Of a stretch of DNA of 64,000 nucleotides, positions 63,291 through 64,000 are shown piece by piece. The translations under genes were made by a program, and so were the position numbers. Below the pieces are notes generated by a model, which was given only the letters and a program-made list of their open reading frames with translations, did not search any database and had not been told where the DNA came from. Position 1 is the first letter of the stretch, and each line of letters begins with the position of its first letter. The DNA is from Camelus ferus (taxonomy: Eukaryota), in the NCBI RefSeq assembly GCF_009834535.1, contig NC_045717.1:21886001-21950000 (forward strand), in the 5' to 3' direction.

Positions 63291-64000
63291 AATCTGCAGC
63301 CCAGAGGAGCCTCTGGACTCTCAGTCCACAAGAAACTTGACAGTCAGCAGTGGAAGGGAACCTAGACTTTACGATTAGAAATTAGCCATCTCGAGGACAG
63401 TACTGATAATATACATCATAAAGGGTCACAGCTTTTGTCCTGGAAAATGGGCTATGAAAAAAATTTCCTTTTTATCCTAAAGTGGGAGATTCAATATCTA
63501 TGAAGAGGGGGGGAAAAGTAACTTTAAGAGAGACTCTGACCACCAGAAGTAAAGTAACCATCCACCCCACCCCACCCCACCCCTATCCCACTCTCAATAT
63601 ATTTCTGGAAAATTCTAGGAATACATGGGAAGGGCCTAAGTGTCCTGTCTGGGGGTCTGGCTTGCCCCCAACTCCTTTCAGTCCCTGGGCAGGCCCCCAG
63701 GAAGCTGTAGCAGGCATTCAAGGCTGGGTGTTTCTGTCGTCTGCAATTTACAGCTGGGGAAACTGAGGCACGGGGTGGGAAGTGGAGAGCTGGGATTCAT
63801 TCAAACCTAAGCCTGCCTGGATCCAGAGCCTGCCACCCCATATACCCTCTCCAGCCCCTCCCCTACCAAGCCAAGCCTTCCAGGCTGCGGCCAAAAGTTC
63901 CTGGGATGCCTGTTGGCACGTCTCATTTACTGGGAGCCTACAGCGTGCCAAGTGCTGGGTTACCTACTGGGGAGTCAGCAGAGAATAGACCTGATCAGGA

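Overview
This is mammalian genomic DNA syntenic with human 19p13.2 in reverse orientation. It is probably from a camelid, inferred from abundant tRNA-Ala-derived vic-1-like SINEs. Five spliced protein-coding genes can be fully reconstructed with GT-AG, phase-consistent exons: KANK3 (+), RPS28 (-), NDUFA7 (+), CD320 (+) and CERS4 (-). RPS28 and NDUFA7 share a very compact bidirectional promoter. The CERS4 promoter is probably beyond the right edge of the window. The repeat-dense CD320-CERS4 interval holds a full-length processed copy of ZNF207/BuGZ (-). It appears to record the long splice isoform with both alternative exons included, has only one visible frameshift (in a homopolymer), and interrupts an old L1 3' end. 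Three of its N blocks match the expected lengths of the missing ZNF207 sequence, so they look like masking rather than true gaps. Other observations are a 9-aa, 2-Cys deletion in the CD320 linker, a consensus CTCF site, in-frame stop-free introns in RPS28 and CERS4, and local duplications in a CERS4 intron. No prokaryote-type system (CRISPR etc.) and no clearly novel gene family is evident. Comparisons with human proteins are from recall and need alignment to confirm.
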